Positions 54,464 to 64,000 of a stretch of DNA of 64,000 bases are shown in pieces. The translations under genes and the position numbers were made by a program. How positions within the stretch are numbered: the stretch's first letter is position 1; the number at the start of each line of letters is the position of its first letter. Under the pieces are notes generated by a model. That model saw nothing but the letters and a program-made list of their open reading frames with translations. It made no database searches and had not been told where the DNA came from. The stretch lies in the IMG/VR virus record IMGVR_UViG_3300044655_002046; one strand, written 5' to 3'. The stretch is from a virus.

Positions 54464-55302
54464 AATATCAATGTTGCTGTTACTGACTGCTGTATGGTTA
54501 CGCCCTGTATAATACTATGACTGAGGCGCACCCTATCAACTAACCACTGCTGTTTATATAGAATACTATCTAATAGTGGGGGGCTATCTAGTAGGAATAA
54601 CTCCTGAGTCTGTGCTCTATATTGATATAGCGTCGTCCCCTCACCATAATTAATAGTAGACCAGCCCGTATATGTTCCTATCCAGGGTTCCTCTAATCTA
54701 GTGGGTAACTCACCTACTAGATTAGGTAGTGTACGTGTCATCTGCTCTACTCTTGGTGGGCCAAGGGGATCTAGTAGATTAGTAGGTCTTAACTTACTCC
54801 ACTGGAGAGTATCAGGCGGCGCTATGTCACCTGATACGTGTTGATATTCATAGTAAGGCCATATCACTCGCCCCGTCCATACCCAGCCGGGTAATAGGGG
54901 GTGTATACCCTGGCTATTTAACAACACCACCCTACCACTGAATATAGGTACTAGATCGTCCGCCGAGGGATAGCGTAGCGTGTAACCATTATCTACCATT
55001 GGTATATATGGTAGTAGATGCTCTACTAAATCTACTGGTAAGTAGATATATCGTCTATTGGGCCATCTCTGACCATCTATTCTTACAAATACGGCTATCT
55101 CCTGCCAGCCGCGACGGCCCCATAGATCACCACCCAGCCACTGAATTCCTACCCATGTGTAACTCTCTACCTCTTTGACTAGTGCATCTAGGCCCCTATA
55201 CTCAAATAGACCTGCCTGTGGCTGATAGGGCCGCGTGGGGTTGAGCTGTCGCTGTTCTGTTACTAGTTCTTGCCATGGTTTAATAGTACTCAATTCGGCC
55301 AA
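54457..55302 (-). CDS. Hypothetical virion protein
   Basis: 281 aa in the tail operon. Confidence 0.6.
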   Translation of the reverse strand: MAELSTIKPWQELVTEQRQLNPTRPYQPQAGLFEYRGLDALVKEVESYTWVGIQWLGGDLWGRRGWQEIAVFVRIDGQRWPNRRYIYLPVDLVEHLLPYIPMVDNGYTLRYPSADDLVPIFSGRVVLLNSQGIHPLLPGWVWTGRVIWPYYEYQHVSGDIAPPDTLQWSKLRPTNLLDPLGPPRVEQMTRTLPNLVGELPTRLEEPWIGTYTGWSTINYGEGTTLYQYRAQTQELFLLDSPPLLDSILYKQQWLVDRVRLSHSIIQGVTIQQSVTATLILW

Positions 55303-56428
55303 TCTCCTCTTTAGCTACTAGGTAATTATCATTCTCGTATGTAGCAAGAATGAATATATTACTCCATTCTCTTATAGATAAGAAGAATATGGGCTTATAA
55401 TCGCCCTCTCTATATATTATGCCTATCGATGATTGTATAGGCACAGTACGGGCCTGCGGAGTAGACCTGCCCAGCGGTATAAGCGTATTAACTGATAGAC
55501 CAGAGAACATAGTAGCCGTCAGTAACCTTACATCTCTTACACTGACCCACCAGCTCTCTGGTCCATTTGCTAATACTATGCAGCCATCTTGTAAATACAT
55601 GGCCCGGCTATTTATACGAGTACCATCTATTAGATACATCTCGTATAACTCTGCCCCTATAGTCTCATTTATTGTATAGTTTCGTATAAACCTAGTAGCA
55701 GCGCGGAGTAGGCCTAGGTCACGAATTATGGGCCCCCGCGGCGGCCGGGCATTAAACCACGCCTTATCGCCTTGTCTTACACTCTCTACTGTCTCTATTG
55801 GCATCGTTACAGTTATATCCCCTAGTCTACCTACTATCTGACGACCCCGACTAGTATAGACTGTATCTGCCTCTATCGTTGTGGCGTCTCCTATTCTATC
55901 TATGTAGAAACGACCTGAGCCCAGAGATTCTAACCATACCTGCAGGTCTATTATACTGTCACTCCATCGAGATGGAACCCCAGTAGTAATCTGAAGTATT
56001 TCATTGACTGGCGTTCTTACGTCTCCTGCTGCTGTCTCTAATATGAGATCATTATCAATTAATCTAACTGCCTCTACTATGATGCTATCTATGTATGTGA
56101 CTAGCGCAGTACGGCGTACGAGCTGTACCTCTGGTGCTATACCCTGTTCTAGGTACTCTATCACAGCCGCCTCTGCGTCAGCGGCCTGACTAAACGGACG
56201 TGTTAGTGTCTGCGCCACTGGGGCGTTATAGGTCGGCGTGCCATCTGGTCTAGTGTAAATAGTATTATTGCCTTGTATTATAGACAGTACATCTCGTAGG
56301 TTAGAGCGGGCGGGCCCCACTGTCACTATCTTATCAGTGATAGATAGAGTACCCGTCACCTGAGACTCTATCTTACCTACTAGATATCTCATAGTCACAG
56401 ACTGACCTATGTGTATCAATAATCTCAT
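55280..56428 (-). CDS. Hypothetical virion protein
   Basis: 382 aa in the tail operon. Confidence 0.6.
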   Translation of the reverse strand: MRLLIHIGQSVTMRYLVGKIESQVTGTLSITDKIVTVGPARSNLRDVLSIIQGNNTIYTRPDGTPTYNAPVAQTLTRPFSQAADAEAAVIEYLEQGIAPEVQLVRRTALVTYIDSIIVEAVRLIDNDLILETAAGDVRTPVNEILQITTGVPSRWSDSIIDLQVWLESLGSGRFYIDRIGDATTIEADTVYTSRGRQIVGRLGDITVTMPIETVESVRQGDKAWFNARPPRGPIIRDLGLLRAATRFIRNYTINETIGAELYEMYLIDGTRINSRAMYLQDGCIVLANGPESWWVSVRDVRLLTATMFSGLSVNTLIPLGRSTPQARTVPIQSSIGIIYREGDYKPIFFLSIREWSNIFILATYENDNYLVAKEEIGRIEYY

Positions 56429-56439
56429 TAGACCCTCCC

Positions 56440-58425
56440 TTATTTCAGAACCTTTATATAATTACGTATAGAAGTAGCAAATGGATCTCTGTTAAAATCT
56501 ACCGCAAAGGCTACATCAACAAGAGCGAGTATCTGACTATTAGATAGCGTATCAGGATTTATGTCGGGATTAACATTTAATATTGCTTGTGCCTGATTCT
56601 TTGCTATTTGTTCTACTTGTATAGGCGAAGTAAAATGGTTAATAATAGCCTGGCCAGTTGTAGCATCTGGGGCCTGTCCTACCACTTGATTAGTAGGCGA
56701 ACCCAGCTCATCAGGTAGTTGCTCTACTATATCCTGTATATCACTTGTATTAGCTACTCTAGGTACTACTGGAGACCCAGGATTAATCTTTTGCTTGACT
56801 AGATTTAATATGCTTTCTATCTGACTATCTTCAACTATTGCCTGCTTATTCTCTAGATTGACCCTTATTGTCTCTCTAAGTACTGAATCCGTTATCGGGT
56901 AGTCTCTTATCTCTGCAGTAAGCTGGTTAGCAACTGCTTCTTCTGATATGGCGCCCCCTCCCGTAATAGAAATAATCTTATTAGCTGGAGAGGCCGGCGC
57001 AGATACAGGCGTGTTACCAGCACCTGTATTAGTTTGTAATGTATTGTGGGGTGATCCTACTGGTACAGCTGGCGCGATTAATGTATTCGTAGGTATAGGT
57101 ACTATAGAATCAATAGTATCGAATGTATAGTCTATAGTAATAATAGGTTCATCATCAATAGAGTCTACAGTAGGGCTTGAGGTAATTGGGGTACCGTCAG
57201 GATTAAGTGGAAGAGGTACTTCCTCTTCTGGAGGTTTTACTGAAGTAATTCTTATATTACCAATTAATCGTTGATCTAGTATCTCGTTAAGTATTCTGAG
57301 AGCTCTCTTTTTATCAGATATATCTTTAAGAGCCTTGAGCTTCTGGGTCTCAGTGGCGCCTGGGCGTAGAGTATTAGCAATCTTTATAATGTCATTGTAT
57401 ACACCCTCATCAGTTATAGCTCTGGGATACTTCTCATTATATTCACTGAGTACCTGATACCTTAAACTAGTCGCAACGTTGTCAGATACGCCGGGCCTAG
57501 CATTCTTAATATAATTAACTAATTCAGCCGGGTTCATGTCCTGCGGTCTATAACCTTCTCTGTACATAGTAGTGGTTAACGAAGCAGGATCATCTTCTAT
57601 TGGAAAATCAATATTATTACGTATAATTTGTCTAGCACGGAGTACTTCTTCAACATCAGCACTTGGGTAATTATCCGCTATCCATCTAGACGCATCACCT
57701 ATAGATACATTCTCATTACGCATTTGGATGGCTATGTCGCCGCTTTCTTGACTTACCTTATCTATATTAGGAATATCCCTTCTTGTTAAGGTTGACCGCG
57801 TAGCGTTTGTATTATTAACAATACTATTAATTTGAGAAGCACTAGCTATATTACTAGTCGCACCTAGGCCAGGAGTTATAAACCTAGTGAACCTAGCCGC
57901 GACGTTACTACTACTGAGATAATTCGAGGGAGGTTGTAGTATGCCGGGAGTGACGCGCTCTGTAAAGTTTACTGCGCTACTCTTAGCCTTATTAGCAGTA
58001 GAGAGAATGGCGCTACGAACACCTCGAGTAGACTGAGCCAGGCTACCAGTTATCTTAGCACCTGGCCCAGTACTTAATATACCAGTCTTTGATATAACCT
58101 TACCCGCGAGTCTTGCTGGGACAGATGCAACCTTAGTACCAACACCAACTACCTTGCCGAGCGCTGCAGTTTCTATTTTAGTAGGAGCCAGTATAGTTAC
58201 TGCGTCTCTGGCTGCCTCAACAGGTGTGTATTGCCTGCTATCTCCATTAGCAACTGTATTAATAACATCACCCGCAGCAACCCTGTCACCTGAGGCAAAT
58301 GCTGCTGTTACTACTCCTTCTACAATGGCAATAGTCGTAGGTATGGAGCCCGCGGCTACAGTAACGGCCTGCACCATAGCCTCAATACTTGCTTCAGTAT
58401 GTATAAGTTTACTGTATTTTATCAT
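56440..58425 (-). CDS. Hypothetical virion protein
   Basis: 661 aa with low-complexity P/T/N-rich linkers. Confidence 0.65.
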   Translation of the reverse strand: MIKYSKLIHTEASIEAMVQAVTVAAGSIPTTIAIVEGVVTAAFASGDRVAAGDVINTVANGDSRQYTPVEAARDAVTILAPTKIETAALGKVVGVGTKVASVPARLAGKVISKTGILSTGPGAKITGSLAQSTRGVRSAILSTANKAKSSAVNFTERVTPGILQPPSNYLSSSNVAARFTRFITPGLGATSNIASASQINSIVNNTNATRSTLTRRDIPNIDKVSQESGDIAIQMRNENVSIGDASRWIADNYPSADVEEVLRARQIIRNNIDFPIEDDPASLTTTMYREGYRPQDMNPAELVNYIKNARPGVSDNVATSLRYQVLSEYNEKYPRAITDEGVYNDIIKIANTLRPGATETQKLKALKDISDKKRALRILNEILDQRLIGNIRITSVKPPEEEVPLPLNPDGTPITSSPTVDSIDDEPIITIDYTFDTIDSIVPIPTNTLIAPAVPVGSPHNTLQTNTGAGNTPVSAPASPANKIISITGGGAISEEAVANQLTAEIRDYPITDSVLRETIRVNLENKQAIVEDSQIESILNLVKQKINPGSPVVPRVANTSDIQDIVEQLPDELGSPTNQVVGQAPDATTGQAIINHFTSPIQVEQIAKNQAQAILNVNPDINPDTLSNSQILALVDVAFAVDFNRDPFATSIRNYIKVLK

Positions 58426-59971
58426 TCTTGAGATTATCTATTGCTTCTTTATCAGTTACTTCAAATAATTGTCCTACAGTGAAGACGTAATATCTGCACG
58501 TCCCATTTTTATCACATACCTCACTTAAGCGAACGCCCAGACCGGTCTCCCATTCAGATAGCGTTTTGCCATCGGTTCCCTCCCTAGCCATATTAATATC
58601 ATCAGTTATAGCCCTGTCGTCCGCCGCACTGGCCTGCTCTTCTACTGTAGTCCGGCTTATAGCCTCTTTGAGACTAGCAGGTATGTGCTCTATCTTAGTT
58701 ATCTCACACTTATCCTCCGTTAGAGAGCGCGTCTCGAATTGTAGCGTATAGTATGTTCTATCGCTACGCGCATGCGCTACCTCGAGTAGTGATAGATGCC
58801 CGCGGAAGCGGGGATTACCTGTCTTAGCTGAACGTATCACCCCCTCCTCTACGTCGAAGGCCTGGTAGCGTGCCATGTTGATCTCTACGTCTAGATCAGC
58901 TCCACTCAGGTATGCGTGCTCGTAGAAGCTCTGCATAGCGCCATAAGTATCTAGCTTAGCCATAAGAGTCCCGACATTATCTTTACCAGTAGCATGAGAT
59001 AGATAAGTAGCCGGGCTCGGTTTATCGCCGTCCACTCCAGTGAACATCCCTACTACAGTTACCATCACACTATCTATCCCCATGTGCTGGTAGATAGGTG
59101 TGCTGCCTGGTACCCGCAACTTAGCGATATTAGCCTTAACTCGTATGTGTAGCCCTGGCAGTGCGTTGGGTACATCCTTACTCGCTGTCATAGGTATGAC
59201 TGAGTCCATGGCCGGCAATAAACTGAAGAAATAACTCTTATTAGTGTCTACTTGTGTAACCCTCATACCCCAGTCTGCCGCAGGTGGATACGTTATAGTC
59301 GGCTCCTGCTTAGTTGTTAATTTGCTAGCATCCCCCTTAGAAGTATCTACTTCACCACCTGCAGGTATGCCTGTACTACGCGGAGTGGCAAGTCCTGCTA
59401 TATACGCACTGGCCTTGTCTTTTCCTTCCTGGGTGAGGCTCGTACTAATAGGCAATGTAGGAATTGTTCTGAGGTACTTTATAGCCTCTCTTCTGGCTTC
59501 ATCATTTAATTGGTCATTATCTAGTAGTTTTATAATAAGATCTATATCGCTATCGTAGTAAGGAGGATTAACATAGAAGTTAACGTCATACTCCCTACCT
59601 GGTACTATATCATTCAACCCCAGCTTAGTGTTAACTGTTGTACCAGGTGCGGCGGCCGGTACTCGTGAGAGAGTATCGTCTATCACCACCTGCATAGCTG
59701 GAACATTAGGATTATTACCAGATATTGCAATTGTTCTTTTTACTTTGTTTACTACTTCGTTGTTTAAGGGACCATTCGCTGCTACTAATAATTGAGATAG
59801 GAGCTCTATATAAGAATCACTAAAGCTACTAGGTACCTCTCTTAATTTAGAAATAACATCATTAACCGGTAGTGGCGCATTAAAGTCCTCTTGACCTAAT
59901 AATTCAAAGTACGCATCTCTAACGGGATGACCCGATGGTATAGCGCCATTTAAAGATAAGGTATTACTCAC
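58409..59971 (-). CDS. Hypothetical virion (tail) protein
   Basis: 520 aa in the tail operon. Confidence 0.65.
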   Translation of the reverse strand: MSNTLSLNGAIPSGHPVRDAYFELLGQEDFNAPLPVNDVISKLREVPSSFSDSYIELLSQLLVAANGPLNNEVVNKVKRTIAISGNNPNVPAMQVVIDDTLSRVPAAAPGTTVNTKLGLNDIVPGREYDVNFYVNPPYYDSDIDLIIKLLDNDQLNDEARREAIKYLRTIPTLPISTSLTQEGKDKASAYIAGLATPRSTGIPAGGEVDTSKGDASKLTTKQEPTITYPPAADWGMRVTQVDTNKSYFFSLLPAMDSVIPMTASKDVPNALPGLHIRVKANIAKLRVPGSTPIYQHMGIDSVMVTVVGMFTGVDGDKPSPATYLSHATGKDNVGTLMAKLDTYGAMQSFYEHAYLSGADLDVEINMARYQAFDVEEGVIRSAKTGNPRFRGHLSLLEVAHARSDRTYYTLQFETRSLTEDKCEITKIEHIPASLKEAISRTTVEEQASAADDRAITDDINMAREGTDGKTLSEWETGLGVRLSEVCDKNGTCRYYVFTVGQLFEVTDKEAIDNLKNDKIQ

Positions 59972-60299
59972 GCAGGCTCTCCGCTATTACTAGGAATTGG
60001 GCTATGGTGTGGTCAGATAGATAAGAGGGTATATGAATATACTGCCCGCGGTAATACAGTTCTCTATACGTATTAGTCATACCTGCCGTTAGGAGGCCTA
60101 GTGGTAGCGATGTTAGGTAATCGAGCTCCTCATCTGTGAAGTCAGCTATAGGGAGGCCTTGTAATAATAGGGCCAGTCTATTATCGTAGCCCCGCGCTGT
60201 CAACTGCGGTACGGTACGACGATATAGTGCCCCTGTGATGAGGGGCACAGCGTGATTAACTGGTATACGCGCTACTATACTCTCTAATACGTCAGACAC
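59964..60299 (-). CDS. Hypothetical protein
   Basis: 111 aa overlapping both neighbours. Confidence 0.6.
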   Translation of the reverse strand: MSDVLESIVARIPVNHAVPLITGALYRRTVPQLTARGYDNRLALLLQGLPIADFTDEELDYLTSLPLGLLTAGMTNTYRELYYRGQYIHIPSYLSDHTIAQFLVIAESLRE

Positions 60300-62806
60300 T
60301 GCAGGCTCGAGACATAGGGTAATCTAGTTATGGTGCCGCTTACGATTATTTGTAATCTAATGCGTATGCGATTTCTGGCCAATGGTACATCATTATCACC
60401 CTGACGCACTAATACAGTGGGAGTAAGGCCAGACAATGTAGTCTCATTCTCAATGAGGGGTATATTACCATCTACCAGTGTAGTAGTAGGAGTAGGCATT
60501 TCAGTCCAGGTCTGGCCCCCATTGGAGCTGGCGCTGGCTACTAAACGACTACCCTGCGGTAGGAAGGCGCGGTATATAACCTTAACGTTAGTGTAGTCGC
60601 GCGTAGGATAATCTATGCTGATCCAGGTGGCCTTAGAACGGGCCCGCCCTATAATCAGCATACTCCTATTGAGGTAGATTATGGGTGTCGTACCTGTAGT
60701 GAATAGCACTAACCTCATCTCTAGATTATCTGGCAGTTCTGTAGCTCGCTCAGGTAAGGGCACTAGCTCCTGCCCCTCCTTATAAAAGGTAGAGAATGAG
60801 CCCCCCTGACCTAGGTTATAACTCCAGAGGCTATTAAGTTGTGTTAGGTCTATCTGAGTGTCCGCCTCAGGCGCCGGACTATAGGTGAAGTCTATGTAGC
60901 CTGTCGAACCTAGACTCCCTCCTATTAGCTGGTATGTTAGATCATCATTGACCTGTGGTTGCCAGCTACTACCACTGCGTGTCAGGAGGTAGCCAGGTAC
61001 GGTGGGTCCGCCTTGGTATCGGGATATAGCGGGCCGCGCGTTTGTATTGATATGCATAGAGCCCGGGCTAGTAGCGCTAATGACTACACAGTAATTACCT
61101 GCTACTAGGTTAATGGGCGGGTCGAAGGTCAATTCTACTGGTGTGTCAGGACTACCAGTCGTTACCTGCAGGCGGACCCGTCCTAGCTCCCTCTCCTCTG
61201 GTATATTATTGGGTGCTGCTACTAGACTCACCCAAGCGCTTATGGCCCCCGCAGGATATACGCGTATACCCGTTATAGTATTAGCTGTTGATAGAGTAAG
61301 TAACTGTGCCATGCCCTCCCTGACTTGCACTATAGCTGGTGCAGGGGCTCCAGTAGAACCGAACTCCAGGCACTGCCCTATTGTCCATCCATTTCCTATT
61401 GCTGTTATAGGTAGTGCTGCGCTACTAGAAGGGGCCGCTATATTCGCTACTAGTATGCCACTGGCATCAGCCCTATAGCGCCCGTCTTCTATGGAGCCTC
61501 GTGTTATTGTAGCCTGGGGAGTCCGCCCGTCTATCTGCAATACTATACCGCTCTCTAGAGATAACAGACCTTCTATAGTGATTGTGACTTGCACCGCCTC
61601 AGTGGCTATAGTGAGACGCCCTACCTGATACTCGATGCGCCTTGCATCGGGCGCTACTACTGGTGGGTTGAGTGTCATACGCACATCTCGTGTCTGGGCC
61701 GCTAGTCTTAGACTGCCTGTAGCGCGTCGTTGATCAATTATGAGACCAGGGGCGGGGCGCAGATACGCCGTCTGTAGACTCCCTCCAGACTCTGTTATGG
61801 TTACATTACTACTACCGCTTATGGTTAGGTTATCGGGCCTGATTGTGTTGTACGAAGTAGGTAATGTCATGTACCCCGTCATAGCACAGTCAAAGCCAGG
61901 AGCTGTGATGTCAGTCCCCAGTGTATTCTGGAAGGATTCTACAAAGCCGCTCTCTAGTATGCGCGGGGCCCCCGAGTAGAAGTTAAGTCGTTCTAGGGCT
62001 ATATCTATAGCCTCCTCTCGTAGTGTGTTTAGCTTAACCTGTAGATCTCGCAGTAGGCCGGGCTCTACCCATCTATTATCACTGGCTATTAGCTCACTAT
62101 TATGTATACGTGCTAGCGTGAGGGGCCCCGTGCCTATTCTCACTTCACCTCTCTTATCTATAACGACCTCACCACTAGTCACCATGGGTAGATAGACAGG
62201 CTCGTATAGATTCACTATCTTACCATCTATGAAGGCCCGGCCGGGCTGGACGGCCAGGCGCTGAATAGGTTGGTTCCGTGTTAGGTCTATCTCTACTGCA
62301 TTATCGAAGCGTAGGCCCAATACCTCTAGGCCGCGCTGGATGTAGTTGCCGTATACCTCCTTGTCTACTAACTCTATGGCCTCCTCGAGTGATGCTACTT
62401 TACTGCGCGGGGCTCGACTGAATCGCTTACCATCGTATACGAGTATCTGGCCCCCCGATATCTGCAGGAATGGGTAGCCATCCTGTCCTATTACTGGTTC
62501 AGGAAATAGGACACTGCGCCCCTCGTAGTCTACCCGGTATATGCGGAGTGTAACATTGGCGTTACCGGTTATAGTTAGTTGGGCTGGATTAATACGATAC
62601 CAGCCCTCCTCCTCTATATATATCAGACCACCTCGTACTGTTAGGTTGGGGGGCGCCCATATTATATCTACCTCCGCTAGGTAATAGACATCGTATAGAC
62701 TGCGGCTCATCTCCTCTACATGCAAGTGTAAGATATCCTGCATCTCTATGAGCTCTCGTGCCTGTAGGGGCCGGCCATTCGTGAATAGTAGCTTAGTTCG
62801 TTCCAT
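60284..62806 (-). CDS. DUF4815-like tail/baseplate protein
   Basis: GRPLQARELIEMQDILH, VQPGRAFIDG, GFVESF motifs. Confidence 0.7.
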   Translation of the reverse strand: MERTKLLFTNGRPLQARELIEMQDILHLHVEEMSRSLYDVYYLAEVDIIWAPPNLTVRGGLIYIEEEGWYRINPAQLTITGNANVTLRIYRVDYEGRSVLFPEPVIGQDGYPFLQISGGQILVYDGKRFSRAPRSKVASLEEAIELVDKEVYGNYIQRGLEVLGLRFDNAVEIDLTRNQPIQRLAVQPGRAFIDGKIVNLYEPVYLPMVTSGEVVIDKRGEVRIGTGPLTLARIHNSELIASDNRWVEPGLLRDLQVKLNTLREEAIDIALERLNFYSGAPRILESGFVESFQNTLGTDITAPGFDCAMTGYMTLPTSYNTIRPDNLTISGSSNVTITESGGSLQTAYLRPAPGLIIDQRRATGSLRLAAQTRDVRMTLNPPVVAPDARRIEYQVGRLTIATEAVQVTITIEGLLSLESGIVLQIDGRTPQATITRGSIEDGRYRADASGILVANIAAPSSSAALPITAIGNGWTIGQCLEFGSTGAPAPAIVQVREGMAQLLTLSTANTITGIRVYPAGAISAWVSLVAAPNNIPEERELGRVRLQVTTGSPDTPVELTFDPPINLVAGNYCVVISATSPGSMHINTNARPAISRYQGGPTVPGYLLTRSGSSWQPQVNDDLTYQLIGGSLGSTGYIDFTYSPAPEADTQIDLTQLNSLWSYNLGQGGSFSTFYKEGQELVPLPERATELPDNLEMRLVLFTTGTTPIIYLNRSMLIIGRARSKATWISIDYPTRDYTNVKVIYRAFLPQGSRLVASASSNGGQTWTEMPTPTTTLVDGNIPLIENETTLSGLTPTVLVRQGDNDVPLARNRIRIRLQIIVSGTITRLPYVSSLQCLTY

Positions 62807-64000
62807 ATACCACTACCTCCATTATAGATGGCACGTCTGTTGTCGAGATTCCAAATGCCTCTATAGACCACTTCAGCTCTCCACTACGCGGGCCGGGAGA
62901 TACATATACATAAGTTAGGCGAGATAGTCCTAGTCCTGCATCTAGTATGACTGTGGTTGGGTTGCTTAAGGTGTGCCAGCCCCCTGTGCTGAACTGTATC
63001 CTTACTTGTAGCGTACTCGATGGCGGCATTAGTGCTGTTATGGCTACTGTAAATCGTGTACTCGTCTGCAGGATAGGCTGCCAGTTAGATATATGCTGCG
63101 TGGGTGACAGGTTACGATAGAGGGATACTGTCCCTATTTCTATGATGGGAGTTAGGGCTGCCGTACCTGTGGATACTGCACGTAGAAGGAGTATAGATTC
63201 TACTCTATCTAGACATACAGGCGTATTGGGTGTTATGGATATCCAGTTAGTATTCACGCCCGTCTTGTACTGATAATCTATTGTGCAGCCTGCTGGTACT
63301 ATGTCTCGTACATTGAGGGCGAAGGCCGTCATACTGGAAGAGTAGCTACCTAGGTCTGTACTAATCGGAGTCGTCGGGAATACAGCGCGGTAGAGGCGCA
63401 TACTGATATCTTCTCTCTCGTGGTTAGAGATGATAGTACCATCACTGGACCAGAGATTACCATTTATGCCTAGCTGCTGTCCTATTAGTAGCCCCGCATC
63501 TAATATATCGGCCTCTCCTATCTCACTAGTGAATACGCTCCAGTCTCCCTCTGTACTGCGGAAGCCTAGTGTATAATACTGATCCTCCTTGAGATAGATG
63601 GGAGTAGGGAATACGTATTTAGTCCAGAGCCGCCCCTGTATGTCAGGCAATACGGCTCCACTGACAAGGGCCTCTCCTAGTAGTATCTGCCCTGGTGTAG
63701 TAGCTGTGCCATCCCGTAGTGATATAATTAGGGCCCCTGATGCCGGCGCCGATGCTATCCTTATATCAAGGCCGCTCAGGTACATATCAGAGGGTGCCTG
63801 AAATGTCTGCATCAGGGGGTCGAAGCCTACTCTCGGCATCAGGGGTAAGGGCTGAGTATCTATTGAGGATGATGGTAAACCCCAGGAGGCCGCCCCGCCT
63901 AGCGCTACGTGGGTCAGGTTATTATTGAATATCGATATCGTATTACTTACACTCAGTGTATCAGACTGTAGCACTACGGCATGGACACCGGGGGGCAGTG
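62793..64000 (-). CDS. DUF4815-like tail protein, C-terminal part (5'-partial)
   Basis: FDPLMQTFQ, YVFPTPIYLKEDQYY, EDISMRLYRAVF; frame stays open to the window end. Confidence 0.7.
   Translation of the reverse strand, partial: LPPGVHAVVLQSDTLSVSNTISIFNNNLTHVALGGAASWGLPSSSIDTQPLPLMPRVGFDPLMQTFQAPSDMYLSGLDIRIASAPASGALIISLRDGTATTPGQILLGEALVSGAVLPDIQGRLWTKYVFPTPIYLKEDQYYTLGFRSTEGDWSVFTSEIGEADILDAGLLIGQQLGINGNLWSSDGTIISNHEREDISMRLYRAVFPTTPISTDLGSYSSSMTAFALNVRDIVPAGCTIDYQYKTGVNTNWISITPNTPVCLDRVESILLLRAVSTGTAALTPIIEIGTVSLYRNLSPTQHISNWQPILQTSTRFTVAITALMPPSSTLQVRIQFSTGGWHTLSNPTTVILDAGLGLSRLTYVYVSPGPRSGELKWSIEAFGISTTDVPSIMEVVVYGTN

Overview
This window reads as part of a large lytic cyanophage genome. 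A Microcystis-infecting myovirus of the Ma-LMM01/MaMV-DC type is my inference, from rIIA/rIIB, PhoH, tRNA-Tyr, DUF4815-like tail genes and Microcystis-like IS and CRISPR-repeat fragments. The plus strand (1-41.4 kb) carries nucleotide metabolism and replication genes: nrdB, dut, a split and intron-containing PolA, clamp and clamp-loader-like genes, two helicases, primase, a RuvC-like resolvase and a PD-(D/E)XK nuclease. AT-rich host-like islands interrupt these genes. The minus strand (41.5-64 kb) carries a 2902-aa virion protein, terminase large subunit and tail/baseplate genes. Main unexplained items: (1) a ~7 kb tandem array of 33 intact plus several broken, translationally coupled, Tyr-rich mosaic small ORFs; (2) a ~200-nt tRNA-shaped RNA with its own near-consensus promoter and a tmRNA-like internal reading frame; (3) three degenerate type I-D-like CRISPR repeats; (4) an IsrB (OMEGA) gene preceded by a CRISPR-like array of omegaRNA 5' ends; (5) a PolA gene split by stop codons and by a group I intron in motif A. 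All alignments and counts were done by eye.
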